Below the pieces are notes generated by a model. The model saw nothing but the letters and a program-made list of their open reading frames with translations, made no database searches and was not told where the DNA came from. A stretch of 64,000 nucleotides of DNA, from NCBI GenBank assembly GCA_040285745.1, contig JAUFOR010000001.1, positions 496,001-560,000 of the forward strand, read 5' to 3'. Every line of letters starts with the position of its first letter. Position 1 is the first letter of the stretch. Of this stretch, positions 11,301 to 19,680 are shown one piece after another. The translations under genes were made by a program, and so were the position numbers. Source of the DNA: Barthelona sp. PCE (taxonomy: Eukaryota).

Positions 11301-12432
11301 CCAACCAACGAGGAACATGCTACATCGCTTCGGGAACTTCGTTCAAAAGGTGCACAGCACAGAAATAGTGGACGTCGCATGCCCAGGAAACGAAAAGAGA
11401 CTTGAAGAGCTGATAATCGAGTTCAGATTCAGACTCGAACAGGAAACAAAATCGAAGAGGCGTGCGAACGGCGACACCACCGAAGTATGGAGGTACACCT
11501 CAGACACGATTAACAGTTACATTTTCCACCTGCGTAAAGGACTGCTGGTTCTGAAAATGTTCATCACCGACAAGAAATCTCTCCTCACGACCGAAGAACT
11601 CGAGCAACTCGTCCAGCTTAGGGCGGCAGTAATCAGATGCACACTGAGCGAGAGCTCAGAAACACAGAAATTCGCCATCAGCACGTCAGCAATCAGATTC
11701 CTGGCGGCAAGAGAGATTGAAGAGCTTAAAGCACTGGTCCAGGAAGGTACCACGAAGAAGAAGGCCCTTCAGAAGCTAAACAAAGTAAGAAGAAGAATTG
11801 CTATGATGTCATCAATGTACAACTTAGGATGCAGAGCGGCGTCTCTTGCCGCAGTCAAGACCCACCAAATTGAAGTCTCAAAATCCGGCGATGTCACGGT
11901 AACGCTGGACAAAGTGAAGAACCAACAGGGTCGACCAACCAGCTACATGATCCCCAGAAACGTATGGGAGCTGGGCACACTGCACGACTATTTAAACGAC
12001 GCTGTGCAAAGAGCAAAAGAAGGAGGTAAAGAGTTTATTTTCTCGAACGGCGGAGAAGCCCAGAGCGTCTCGAATGCATTAAACACCATGTTCCGAGATT
12101 ACAACGAGAAAATCAAGCAATCTGACCACAAGAATGCAAGCAAATTCAGAGTATTCAAAATGACAGCCCATGGCCTTAGAGCCGGCAGGGCAAAAGAGAT
12201 AGCACAACATCCAGATGCGACTGTACGAGTATCAGCGCAAGGAATGGGTCTCTGGAAGGATGTGAAGGCGATGAACCTTGACTATCTCACGAAACCACTA
12301 TTGACGTTTGAGGAACGAGAGGTGTTGAGTCCGATGGAATTGGAAGGATGGGTTTTAGGCCACTTCCCGGACGAAACACCCTCTACACGTGAAGGCGAGC
12401 CTTCCCACGTGAGCGTTCCCCGACGTCAATAA
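8266..12432 (+). CDS. Element 2 ORF2: reverse transcriptase-RNase H-linker domain-tyrosine recombinase fusion, in frame with ORF1
   Basis: Open from 8266; first ATG at ~8458. RT motifs AVPK, RVIVDC, SVDAKDGF, MPFGVSFGP and YVDD (9571-9582). RNase H motifs LSDA, AEQE, WYCDN and NYLPDSISRG. YR motifs LGCR, KVK, HGLRAG (12169), GLW and DY. Confidence 0.92.
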   Translation, partial: NRSSPPARDSKYLSDKGVGDANDPNAVTALADRVGELSIENVKLKKEIKSLKKEIPKKQLKAAKMELRAATKLVELEDKRLEAIKARERSTQKTKAPEDVKRDKPRKEKAPTATSVQKMISKEINKLKHEVVDERNNVQISRNPKEVVGTDTMQWPAAAPPVALLKHLPPDIFQKGGPSQRVLKEVVLGVTGTWDILGTDQMKINSADTPTEQFVRDAARVAGLSCEEIEKTVRLLVTEGVTRDMVVIEGKKPRRQEPVRHWYKDDAVELNLAVTALKSKDLIKEVPIEEIEDERRAFISIGAVPKNAEPDSNNMFAPTQKFEFDVTSPDNEHRVIVDCTNTNSMFANIPMELIKTHSLEIVMGGNLMYSVDAKDGFTLIPLDEELQKLFSFTHEGKLYQCTRMPFGVSFGPAIFARMMNLATTAMRALGFNIWSYVDDAFGWERSLSKARNSMMLFIIIASKLGIKLNYKKSVSPSYKLDIIGYTLSTDDQSDGGRLVSTIRPSDKNIRKIKEMARVMRNRIDTAEQIPVRDIMKLDGKLVSFANASTILQRVHLQLQAVLKDLDAQYDNAIFDSSRNKGLRLLLPLPLADALTRIVECNFEPKTLSCGRAKVTLLSDAMKDQKHIGIGAKAYPDDDQELSFELLHRMGVNEQGARRMLTLLDDLPEQERVDIEQNTVATIAEQEMVPIVELLKTKGRQLRNTEVVWYCDNTNVCAAVAKGYSKNKVLNKGARIVMELCEMWDVIVTPIYINSEQNYLPDSISRGASSESWTNSTTFVHEILPARVIEFKTSVVASLYEPGHIPALYVRGFQPTKGKSRRSTKAAHVTRQCLGQDLISLGEYDLKRNALKVDNVANGTAHCTGKLKIVEGFDDTRYTVPLSNMAIITRDNERIEATVPTYSAATSLEIVILKVCRTGAEVDVILPGPLPSCPLWATIAQKTIPLSDGSIKIRVTREKVLGGEPEDYKPAGARTQNPVQVRGKSLSLADLFAIPPSMDYDEVLELFLKKGAHQPTRNMLHRFGNFVQKVHSTEIVDVACPGNEKRLEELIIEFRFRLEQETKSKRRANGDTTEVWRYTSDTINSYIFHLRKGLLVLKMFITDKKSLLTTEELEQLVQLRAAVIRCTLSESSETQKFAISTSAIRFLAAREIEELKALVQEGTTKKKALQKLNKVRRRIAMMSSMYNLGCRAASLAAVKTHQIEVSKSGDVTVTLDKVKNQQGRPTSYMIPRNVWELGTLHDYLNDAVQRAKEGGKEFIFSNGGEAQSVSNALNTMFRDYNEKIKQSDHKNASKFRVFKMTAHGLRAGRAKEIAQHPDATVRVSAQGMGLWKDVKAMNLDYLTKPLLTFEEREVLSPMELEGWVLGHFPDETPSTREGEPSHVSVPRRQ

Positions 12433-12680
12433 ACCTACTTCAGTATAAGGTGACATACAGGCGCTAGCCTTCAGACTTTATACTTGAGGTAGTAAACAGC
12501 GGAGGGGGACGAAGCGAACCGTCATGTGTAGTAGGTGTCCGTAGGACCCGATACGGTTTTTCTTACCTTTTTCAAAAAAAAAGGTTTTAGGCCACTTCCC
12601 GGACGAAACACCCTCTACACGTGAAGGCGAGCCTTCCCACGTGAGCGTTCCCCGACGTCAATAAACCTACTTCAGTATAA
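12351..12680 (+). repeat. Element 2 3' end: B1 (12351-12448), A2 (12449-12582), B2 (12583-12680)
   Basis: B1 and B2 are identical 98-mers; A2 matches A1 with one extra A. Confidence 0.95.
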
Positions 12681-12769
12681 CCGTCCTGTCTAACGGTTCG
12701 TTCTGTCTGCCCTCCCAACATGCAGGCTGTCACTTCAGTAAACCATCCAAGGTGTAGGATAGAGGATAA
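12681..12769 (+). repeat. Element 1 repeat B2, right part (element 1 right end)
   Basis: Identical to 6074-6162. Confidence 0.93.
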
Positions 12770-12896
12770 GCTATGTCTGCTTTTCACCGTCGCATTTTAT
12801 ATGTCAAAATTGCCCTATCTAAACCTCATTAGATGTTTAGAAATGAGTTTATAAGTTGTTATTAATAGCAATGAATAATTTCCGAATAGCAGTTCA

Positions 12897-12968
12897 TCGG
12901 GCGTCGTATAATGGCTATTATTCCGGTCTGTCGCACCGGAGACCAGGGTTCAATTCCCTGCGCTCGAG
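12897..12968 (+). tRNA. tRNA-Asp (GTC)
   Basis: Acceptor tcgggcg/cgctcga, anticodon arm ccggt-ctGTCgc-accgg, T-arm caggg-ttcaatt-ccctg, followed by a T-run. Confidence 0.93.
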
Positions 12969-13044
12969 TTTTTGCTTTTCCAAATATAATGTATGAATTA
13001 AAAAAATATTATATGTTTTCTTTTGTTCGTTTCCGTTGAAGCAC

Positions 13045-13116
13045 TCCCCTATGGCTAAGTGGTATAGCGCTGCACTCGTAATGCAGTGGTCCCCAGTTCG
13101 ATTCTGGGTGGGGGAA
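13045..13116 (+). tRNA. tRNA-Thr (CGT)
   Basis: Acceptor tccccta/tggggga, anticodon arm ctgca-ctCGTaa-tgcag, T-arm cccag-ttcgatt-ctggg, downstream T-run. Confidence 0.93.
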
Positions 13117-13681
13117 CGTCCTTTTTTTTTGCATGCGAACTGTTATGCCTCCCTACGTGTCTGTGGGGGTTCAGTAACGTGGTGGACGCGTCCGAAGGCG
13201 TCCGAAAAGGCAGCAGGCGTGTGGAAATATTTTTTTGTGTTTGTTGAATGATGGAAGCATGTGGTTGACGGAACTCATGGCAGAGTGAATCTGTGACTCA
13301 TGAATGTGCTGTCCGAATTACGTCCTTTATCGTACATTCCGGATTTCTCTTTTTTACTATTTTTTATGGGGTGGGAACTCAATTACCCGACCTCGAGCTT
13401 AGGAACTTATTCACGCCATCCAACTAGATATCTGTCAGTAAACATGCATGTATCCGAGAGAACTCAGCCCCTGTGAAGTCATCTCTTTTGTAGAACCAAA
13501 AAACTCATTTTTTATTATCATTCCATTGAGTTTAGAGTTACCTGAACTCGCGTTGTCTTAGATCTTTACGATACCCATGTTTGCATATCCAGCTGTGCTT
13601 TTGCCAATAATTCAAGAAAGATATGAATGAATTAAAAAGAAAGCAAGCTGCAAATATCTGTTTTGTGTCTTTGAAACTCCT

Positions 13682-15580
13682 TTATAAATTATGACTTATT
13701 TCAAAAAACAACACAGCTTCTTTTCGTATTTGACAATCAATATTGGACACAGGATGAAACTGGCTTTGAATCAATAGTGTAATTAAACTATGTCTGACTT
13801 GTCTGATCTTAAAACTTCTATATTCATCATCAAATGTAAGAATATCTTTAACGATATCATAACCATCCAACTGCTTATGTAAGCGCGTAATTGTACCCCT
13901 TTCTGATGATGTAAAAGCGTAATAGGGATTTTCAGTGAATTTCCACGGCAATTGCAATTGATTATGTTCTACTCCTTCCCCGTTGAATATCCACATTTTT
14001 TCTGAGGAAATGAATATATTTTCATCAATAAAAAAGTCGAGCGCTGAGAAATTAGTGATATTAAAGAAATGAAACCTTTCAAAAGTATTGTTAACATAAG
14101 TTAAAACTTCTATTCCCTGACGTTTAAAAACCAATGTCATCAGTGGATTGTACTTTGAAGGTACAACATCAGCATAATCATTTTCATCTGTGCTGTAAAA
14201 GTCAAACTGAATGTGTTTCTCTTTCATAATCATTATTCCAATACATGATGACCCACCAACCCATACGACGTTCATTGAAGGACGAATTTCATACCATGTA
14301 TTATTTGGCACAACATATCCTTCTGTACCATCAACATAAAGTATTCCGTCGTCAATATGAACAAATCTACCTGCCACGTACTCTATGTCTATGTCTATAT
14401 CTTCATTAACATCAAGCGTAATTACATCAGATTGGTAACTGCCTTCATGAGCCCAAAATGCCTTATCTTTTCGAAAAATCTGAGTTGCAATGTCTCCATA
14501 AGCATATGTCTTTGCTGCAAATAGATCTTTGGTTCCTTCACTCGTGGAACCATGTATCACAACACTGGGGTCTTGAGTACCAAACATGACAAATGAGACT
14601 ACAAACTGTGAAGAATAAAAATTGGGAAAGAGAAGTGGGGCACCGCTTAAACTCTTGCTGAGAAAGCTGTTAAGTGGGATACAGTACCCGTCTACAGAAT
14701 ACTCTATCGTGAAAGGGATAAGTTTATCGTCAACCATTCCAAATAGTGTATTATTTAAATATATAAACTTGCGGAACTGAAAAATTGACATATTCAACAA
14801 ACATTCTGTGCCGTTTTCATTAATTCTATAAGCTTTGATTTCACCCAACTTCATAAAAACAAAAAAGTGCAAATCATCCACCAAAAAAGCTTGACTTGGA
14901 ACATCATTTTCTTCCTCGAATCTAAATTTCACATCAAGCTCCTGGACATCCACCATTCCATCCAATACTGTGATCCTATACATTTTTTTTGGTGGAGAAT
15001 AAAAATAAAAAGAAGGGTGTAAACTATTAATGATCTCGATGAAAAATCCAAATTTTGGGATTGGTATTTTCACGAGCTGAAAGGTATTGCCCACCAATAT
15101 TGGTGTTTGATAACATTCATCAACAAGAACAACAGAAACTCTCCACATTTTTGGCCTCCGAAGATATTGTCCGTCCAGCAAAATCTGCACAGTGCTACTA
15201 TGTATGTTATAAACCTTAATAGCTCTGGGTAAAAAATTGATGATATGGTGATCCATTAATCTAACTCTTCTTAAACCTTCCGTATTCGGGACTGCACATG
15301 AAAATTCCTCAGTAAAGGAGTCAACACCATTGGATACATACGTCTTTAACCGGTTCGTCTTGACTATATTCTTTTTTGAAAAAATCACATCGCTATCAGC
15401 TAGTTCAAGTTCTTTATACATAAATGGCATTTTTAATGCATGCTCAAATGCAGGAATAAGAGCAAAGTTGTGTTCTGCTGGCTTTGGAGTGAAATTATGC
15501 GGTTTAAACACTAAGTAAGAGTGTTTGAAGGTTAGTATGTCTCCATTATCAGTAAAGTTATGTTCGTTAAACCGTGGCAT
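13682..15580 (-). CDS. Hypothetical protein, member of the ~600-aa divergent beta-rich family
   Basis: Long ORF; probable ATG at 15580 (MPRFNE). C-terminal pattern shared with four other ORFs. Confidence 0.75.
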   Translation of the reverse strand: MPRFNEHNFTDNGDILTFKHSYLVFKPHNFTPKPAEHNFALIPAFEHALKMPFMYKELELADSDVIFSKKNIVKTNRLKTYVSNGVDSFTEEFSCAVPNTEGLRRVRLMDHHIINFLPRAIKVYNIHSSTVQILLDGQYLRRPKMWRVSVVLVDECYQTPILVGNTFQLVKIPIPKFGFFIEIINSLHPSFYFYSPPKKMYRITVLDGMVDVQELDVKFRFEEENDVPSQAFLVDDLHFFVFMKLGEIKAYRINENGTECLLNMSIFQFRKFIYLNNTLFGMVDDKLIPFTIEYSVDGYCIPLNSFLSKSLSGAPLLFPNFYSSQFVVSFVMFGTQDPSVVIHGSTSEGTKDLFAAKTYAYGDIATQIFRKDKAFWAHEGSYQSDVITLDVNEDIDIDIEYVAGRFVHIDDGILYVDGTEGYVVPNNTWYEIRPSMNVVWVGGSSCIGIMIMKEKHIQFDFYSTDENDYADVVPSKYNPLMTLVFKRQGIEVLTYVNNTFERFHFFNITNFSALDFFIDENIFISSEKMWIFNGEGVEHNQLQLPWKFTENPYYAFTSSERGTITRLHKQLDGYDIVKDILTFDDEYRSFKIRQVRHSLITLLIQSQFHPVSNIDCQIRKEAVLFFEISHNL

Positions 15581-15966
15581 CCCTCTTAAAAAAAAAATCC
15601 TCCTTAATAAATGATATGAATGCCCGTAAAAAGTTAAAAACAATTTTGAAAAGCTTATAAAGTGTTATATTGTGGCTGTTTGATGTTTAACAAGTTCTAT
15701 TATGATGTTCAATTACTCTCCATTCACATAAATTTACATTGTTCTACAGCAATCGTTTTATGGGTGATTGCATTTTCAGGTATGCAATGCTTTTGTTTAG
15801 TAGAATGTTTCTGAAGGTGCTCGAAACGCGATTCTATAAGAATACCTACGATTAAAAGTAAATTATGCCTAATGAAAAAACAAGCGGTCGTATTCTTAAA
15901 TTGAAGGTAAGACTGAAAAAAACTTTGTATTCAGAAAACACACCCACAGTTATCAGGTATACCATG

Positions 15967-17844
15967 TTAATACACATTGCCAAAGTCCAAAACGGTGAAA
16001 GGGAGTGAGTGCAAATCAGTGAAAGAACAGCCAGCCAACCAGTCAGTCAGCAAGAATTTCTTTGTGGATTTTTGGATTGCTTCGCTTTCATAGCAAAGGA
16101 ATTCTCTGAATACAACATCAAAAGATTCGATATCCAGATCCAAAACTGTAACTTTATGTTCACTATAATCAAAAAGACGATGGCAAACTGGACCTCGCTT
16201 AAATGACTCAACGCACTGTACCTGACCATTTTCGACACTATAAATACCCTCATCGAAAACTATAGTGGTTGGTGAGACAAAAAATTTAAAGACACCGGCT
16301 TCAGAACAGTCAATTTTTAAATCACCAACTTGAAGCTCAGAATTTGCCTTATTCATAATCATTTCCACGTTAAACGGGTTCGGGTGCATTCTCTTGGGAA
16401 AGGTGCGCTCATTCTGCCATTCACCATTCCGTTTTTTCAGTAAAAAATGATTTTCAGAGTTCTCAATTAACATAAGTGTTGGATAATACCAGACCAACTT
16501 TGGTTGCAAGATGAGGTCAGTGGCGAACAGCAGCCTCGTTTCTCCGTCTTTATGTTGAAAAACTTGACAGCAGTCCGGCTCCCATTCGTTTTTCATTGCA
16601 AAAAAGACAATCTCGGTTTCGGTCGCTTTTCCAATAATGACATCCTGCTTTGTTACATACGGCACATCCATACTGTCAGATATGTTGATGTACGTGTTCA
16701 ACTCTTGGGTCAAAGCATATTGCCGACCAACAGCAGCCCCTATCGCTGGAACCGTCTTACAAAGCATTGCGAATGGCTTGTTGCTGCGATGGTAGCACAC
16801 ATCATCGCTCAAATGCAGTCCTATTAGATGGCGATCGGAGTGCATAAAAAAAACATTGTTTGATAGAAACATCTTTGAGGACAGGAAGTCGCTTCTCAAA
16901 ACAGCCTCTGTTGCTGCTGTGTCGGGGGCGGGATATGTCGTAACATTGCCGGGGTGGTATTTATAAAAGTATGTAGAAGAAATGCAATCAAAGCTTCTTG
17001 AGAAATTAAAATTCTGAGGAAAGAAATACTCGTTCTCACTAATGTTTGTATCAATAACTCTTAAACCTCCATTGTCGACATATAACATTTGTATTTTCCC
17101 TCCGATTTCACACTGGATAAGAAGTATATGTTCACGTACATCTAATATCCAAAACGTTACAGATGTCAGCATCATGCACTCTTGGAGCTCAGGAAACGCA
17201 GCTATCAGGTCAAACGTAGCCAACTCACCATCTTCAACATATAAAACGACTGGAAAAAGAGATAAATGATTCATGTATGTAATCGCATTAGTACAGGGAC
17301 ATACGTGGAGGTTGTGATTGATCTGGGTGATAGTTGCGCCATCCCATCCCTTGACAACACCATCATGTGTGATAAAGAAGTTGGATGTACAGCATTGAAC
17401 TGCTTGATTGCAGAGCTTCTCACCCATTAATATTTCATCGTTTTGGAGCACAAATCTAACTGTTTCGTGGGGAAAAACACACAGCCCCTCAGTTGGATCA
17501 AAGAAATAAACTTTTAACAAACCTGTAATTGGGAATTTTTGCTTGCTGTGAAACTCAAGATGTTTAGATGCATTCTGCCTGAAAAATATAACAGTATTAA
17601 AGTTTATGATGCAGTAAAAGATGTTTTTTGACCTCAAACACTGCTGAATCTCTGCATATTTAGCAATTTCAGGGATATATAATCTGGTACCTTTGTTTTC
17701 ATCAACTAATAAGCTTCTTCCGACAATTTTGTTCCCTTTTTCAACATCTAAAAATCGGTTGACAATGAAGCCCGTTTTCGTGCGAACAACATGCGTATCA
17801 TTCAGCCCAGACGCCATTGTATACTCCTGCCTCGTGCGTGGCAT
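15967..17844 (-). CDS. Hypothetical protein, ~600-aa divergent beta-rich family
   Basis: 625-aa ORF with an NPF...FFVS...LTDWL C-terminal pattern. Confidence 0.75.
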   Translation of the reverse strand: MPRTRQEYTMASGLNDTHVVRTKTGFIVNRFLDVEKGNKIVGRSLLVDENKGTRLYIPEIAKYAEIQQCLRSKNIFYCIINFNTVIFFRQNASKHLEFHSKQKFPITGLLKVYFFDPTEGLCVFPHETVRFVLQNDEILMGEKLCNQAVQCCTSNFFITHDGVVKGWDGATITQINHNLHVCPCTNAITYMNHLSLFPVVLYVEDGELATFDLIAAFPELQECMMLTSVTFWILDVREHILLIQCEIGGKIQMLYVDNGGLRVIDTNISENEYFFPQNFNFSRSFDCISSTYFYKYHPGNVTTYPAPDTAATEAVLRSDFLSSKMFLSNNVFFMHSDRHLIGLHLSDDVCYHRSNKPFAMLCKTVPAIGAAVGRQYALTQELNTYINISDSMDVPYVTKQDVIIGKATETEIVFFAMKNEWEPDCCQVFQHKDGETRLLFATDLILQPKLVWYYPTLMLIENSENHFLLKKRNGEWQNERTFPKRMHPNPFNVEMIMNKANSELQVGDLKIDCSEAGVFKFFVSPTTIVFDEGIYSVENGQVQCVESFKRGPVCHRLFDYSEHKVTVLDLDIESFDVVFREFLCYESEAIQKSTKKFLLTDWLAGCSFTDLHSLPFTVLDFGNVY

Positions 17845-17899
17845 GTCAAATAGGTGAAAAGGAATAAAAAGTTTTTACAACCCAAATTACAAAAAGTCT

Positions 17900-19471
17900 T
17901 TACTTACGTGGTCTTAACATATCAGCAATCGTCCTCTGTTTCTTTTTTGTTGCTTTAGAATTGGATTGTCGACGTCTAGGTTGCGCAAGACAACCGTCAA
18001 TGTGCGAATTGATCTCTCTATTTGACATACACATCAACGACTTGCTGCATATCGGGCAGCACTTCTCGGCGGGCAACTCCTTCTTTGCGGTACCATCAGC
18101 CCATCTATCGAGAGTCTGTATAGCATTTGCAAGAGCTGACAATTTGATGAAGCGGACTCCGAGAAGACGTAAGGATGGTTTTCCCAAATCTTTGTGCAAT
18201 GCATCGAAAAGCTCGTGGGCGACCTTGACAAGTACATCTTTGTTATGCAGATAACCATTGAACGAATGACTTCGCTCCTTGACCTCGAACTCTATAGTTT
18301 TCATCTTAACTGCAATACCCCCACACGAGTATCCTTGTTTTGTGAGCCGCTTGAAGGCCGAATGAAAGACTTCCTCAAGTGTTTGATGAAGATCAGCACC
18401 TGTACCCACTCTTGATCCAAACCCAAAGGTTACCTCTTTCCCGACAGACTTTGCATCTCCTTCTCCATACCGCATTTCCCTGTTGTACCCGCCGACAGAT
18501 ATAGCAACCATGCGGGCGGCTGTCTTATCAGGAAATAATTGAAACAAAATGTATCGCTTCTCAAATAAATGTCTGGTTGTGGTAACCCCGATACTCTCCA
18601 GCATATGTGCCTGTGATGGCCCGATGCCAAAGACCTTGCGGACGTTCATTTTGTAGAACCAGTCTTGGAATGAATCAGCGCAAACTGAAAAAAAACCATT
18701 TGGTTTACGGAAATCACTCGCCATCTTTGCTTGTATGGGTGTAGGCGCAATCCCAACTGAAACAGTCAGCTTGAACTCTTCCAAAATAGCAGCCTTAACC
18801 TGCATCGCAAATGTCTCTGCTTCTTCCAACGTACCTTCAAACAATACACCGGCTTCATCGTGAAAATATCCTATATCCTCGTATATAGGGAATCGCTCCT
18901 TGATAAACGCCAGTATTTTATCCGACATGTCTCGGTAATGGGAGTGATCTAATGCCACAACATGCAAACTCGGACACAAAGTTCTGGCTATGTGTTCGGC
19001 CATTCCTGCAGTAATACCGTACCGCCTTGCCTCATAACTAGAAGCAGAGCACAGTCCACGCCCAACAACCAGCGGTCTCCCCTTCAGTTCTGGATGCCTT
19101 AATAACTCTAAATTTACGTAATAACAATCCATATCAAAGTAAACATGATGATTCTTCATACTCAACGATTCCTGCGCTGCTGTGGTGATCATGTCAACCT
19201 GGTTGACGACTTCTAAGGGAAGCTTTTTTTCCAAAATGGAGTTATATCTGTCGATCAGACCTTCAGCCGCCTCACTTCTTCTTCTATCAATTCTGTTCTT
19301 ATGGTTTGCGAATTTTGACCCAGCGGAGGCTTTCTGTATGACTTGGGCCACTCTATTATGATTCTTAAGGCCTGATTTGGAGCTTGTAAACATTCCACTG
19401 TTTTTAGGAACAGAAACAGGGCTTGCTGGAAAATTTGCATTCACAGGTACATCCCGTGTTGCATTATTCAT
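17900..19471 (-). CDS. POLK: Y-family DNA polymerase kappa (DinB-like)
   Basis: FDMDCYY, SYEARRYG, DEA, AKMASDFRKPNG and LRLLGVR motifs. C-terminal UBZ (CPIC...HIDGC) and PIP-like QRTIADML. Probable ATG at 19471. Confidence 0.88.
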   Translation of the reverse strand: MNNATRDVPVNANFPASPVSVPKNSGMFTSSKSGLKNHNRVAQVIQKASAGSKFANHKNRIDRRRSEAAEGLIDRYNSILEKKLPLEVVNQVDMITTAAQESLSMKNHHVYFDMDCYYVNLELLRHPELKGRPLVVGRGLCSASSYEARRYGITAGMAEHIARTLCPSLHVVALDHSHYRDMSDKILAFIKERFPIYEDIGYFHDEAGVLFEGTLEEAETFAMQVKAAILEEFKLTVSVGIAPTPIQAKMASDFRKPNGFFSVCADSFQDWFYKMNVRKVFGIGPSQAHMLESIGVTTTRHLFEKRYILFQLFPDKTAARMVAISVGGYNREMRYGEGDAKSVGKEVTFGFGSRVGTGADLHQTLEEVFHSAFKRLTKQGYSCGGIAVKMKTIEFEVKERSHSFNGYLHNKDVLVKVAHELFDALHKDLGKPSLRLLGVRFIKLSALANAIQTLDRWADGTAKKELPAEKCCPICSKSLMCMSNREINSHIDGCLAQPRRRQSNSKATKKKQRTIADMLRPRK

Positions 19472-19680
19472 TATTTCATGAAGTATGCCCTGATTTAAAT
19501 GTGAAGAAAGCTGAAAATTTTTAAACAGGATCTCTTTGTTTGTTTGTACCTGTTGAAGTGTTGTTTGAAATGCAAGCTGAAGGGTTGACGCATGTAACAA
19601 GCTGTTGAGCGTTGCAAAATACACATATTGAAAGAAGGTTGCGCTTTTTTATTTATTTAACCAGCACAGTTAGAAAAAAC

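Larger units (their letters stand above)
6599..12680 (+). mobile_element. Element 2: apparently intact tyrosine-recombinase retrotransposon with A1-ORF1-ORF2-B1-A2-B2 split direct repeats
   Basis: A at 6599-6731 = 12449-12581; B at 12351-12448 = 12583-12680. Uninterrupted ORFs with RT, RNase H and YR catalytic motifs. No target-site duplication. Confidence 0.93.
165..12769 (+). mobile_element. Element 1: degenerate tyrosine-recombinase retrotransposon (DIRS order, split direct repeats), interrupted by element 2 at 6599-12680
   Basis: Repeat A at 165-303 = 6163-6301. Repeat B at 6050-6162 = 6575-6598 + 12681-12769. Between A1 and B1 lie broken RT (WAYIDD), RNase H and YR (GCR, HAIRAG, GGW, YY) reading frames. 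Confidence 0.88.

Noticed and set aside
6050-12769. CRISPR-like array or assembly duplication
   Set aside because: The repeats occur only in pairs and fit the A/B split-repeat layout exactly. There is no repeat-spacer periodicity.
13367-13432. Minus-strand tRNA-like remnant (tctagttgga...ttcctaag...gagttcccacccca)
   Set aside because: The stems do not pair into a cloverleaf; at best a decayed pseudogene.
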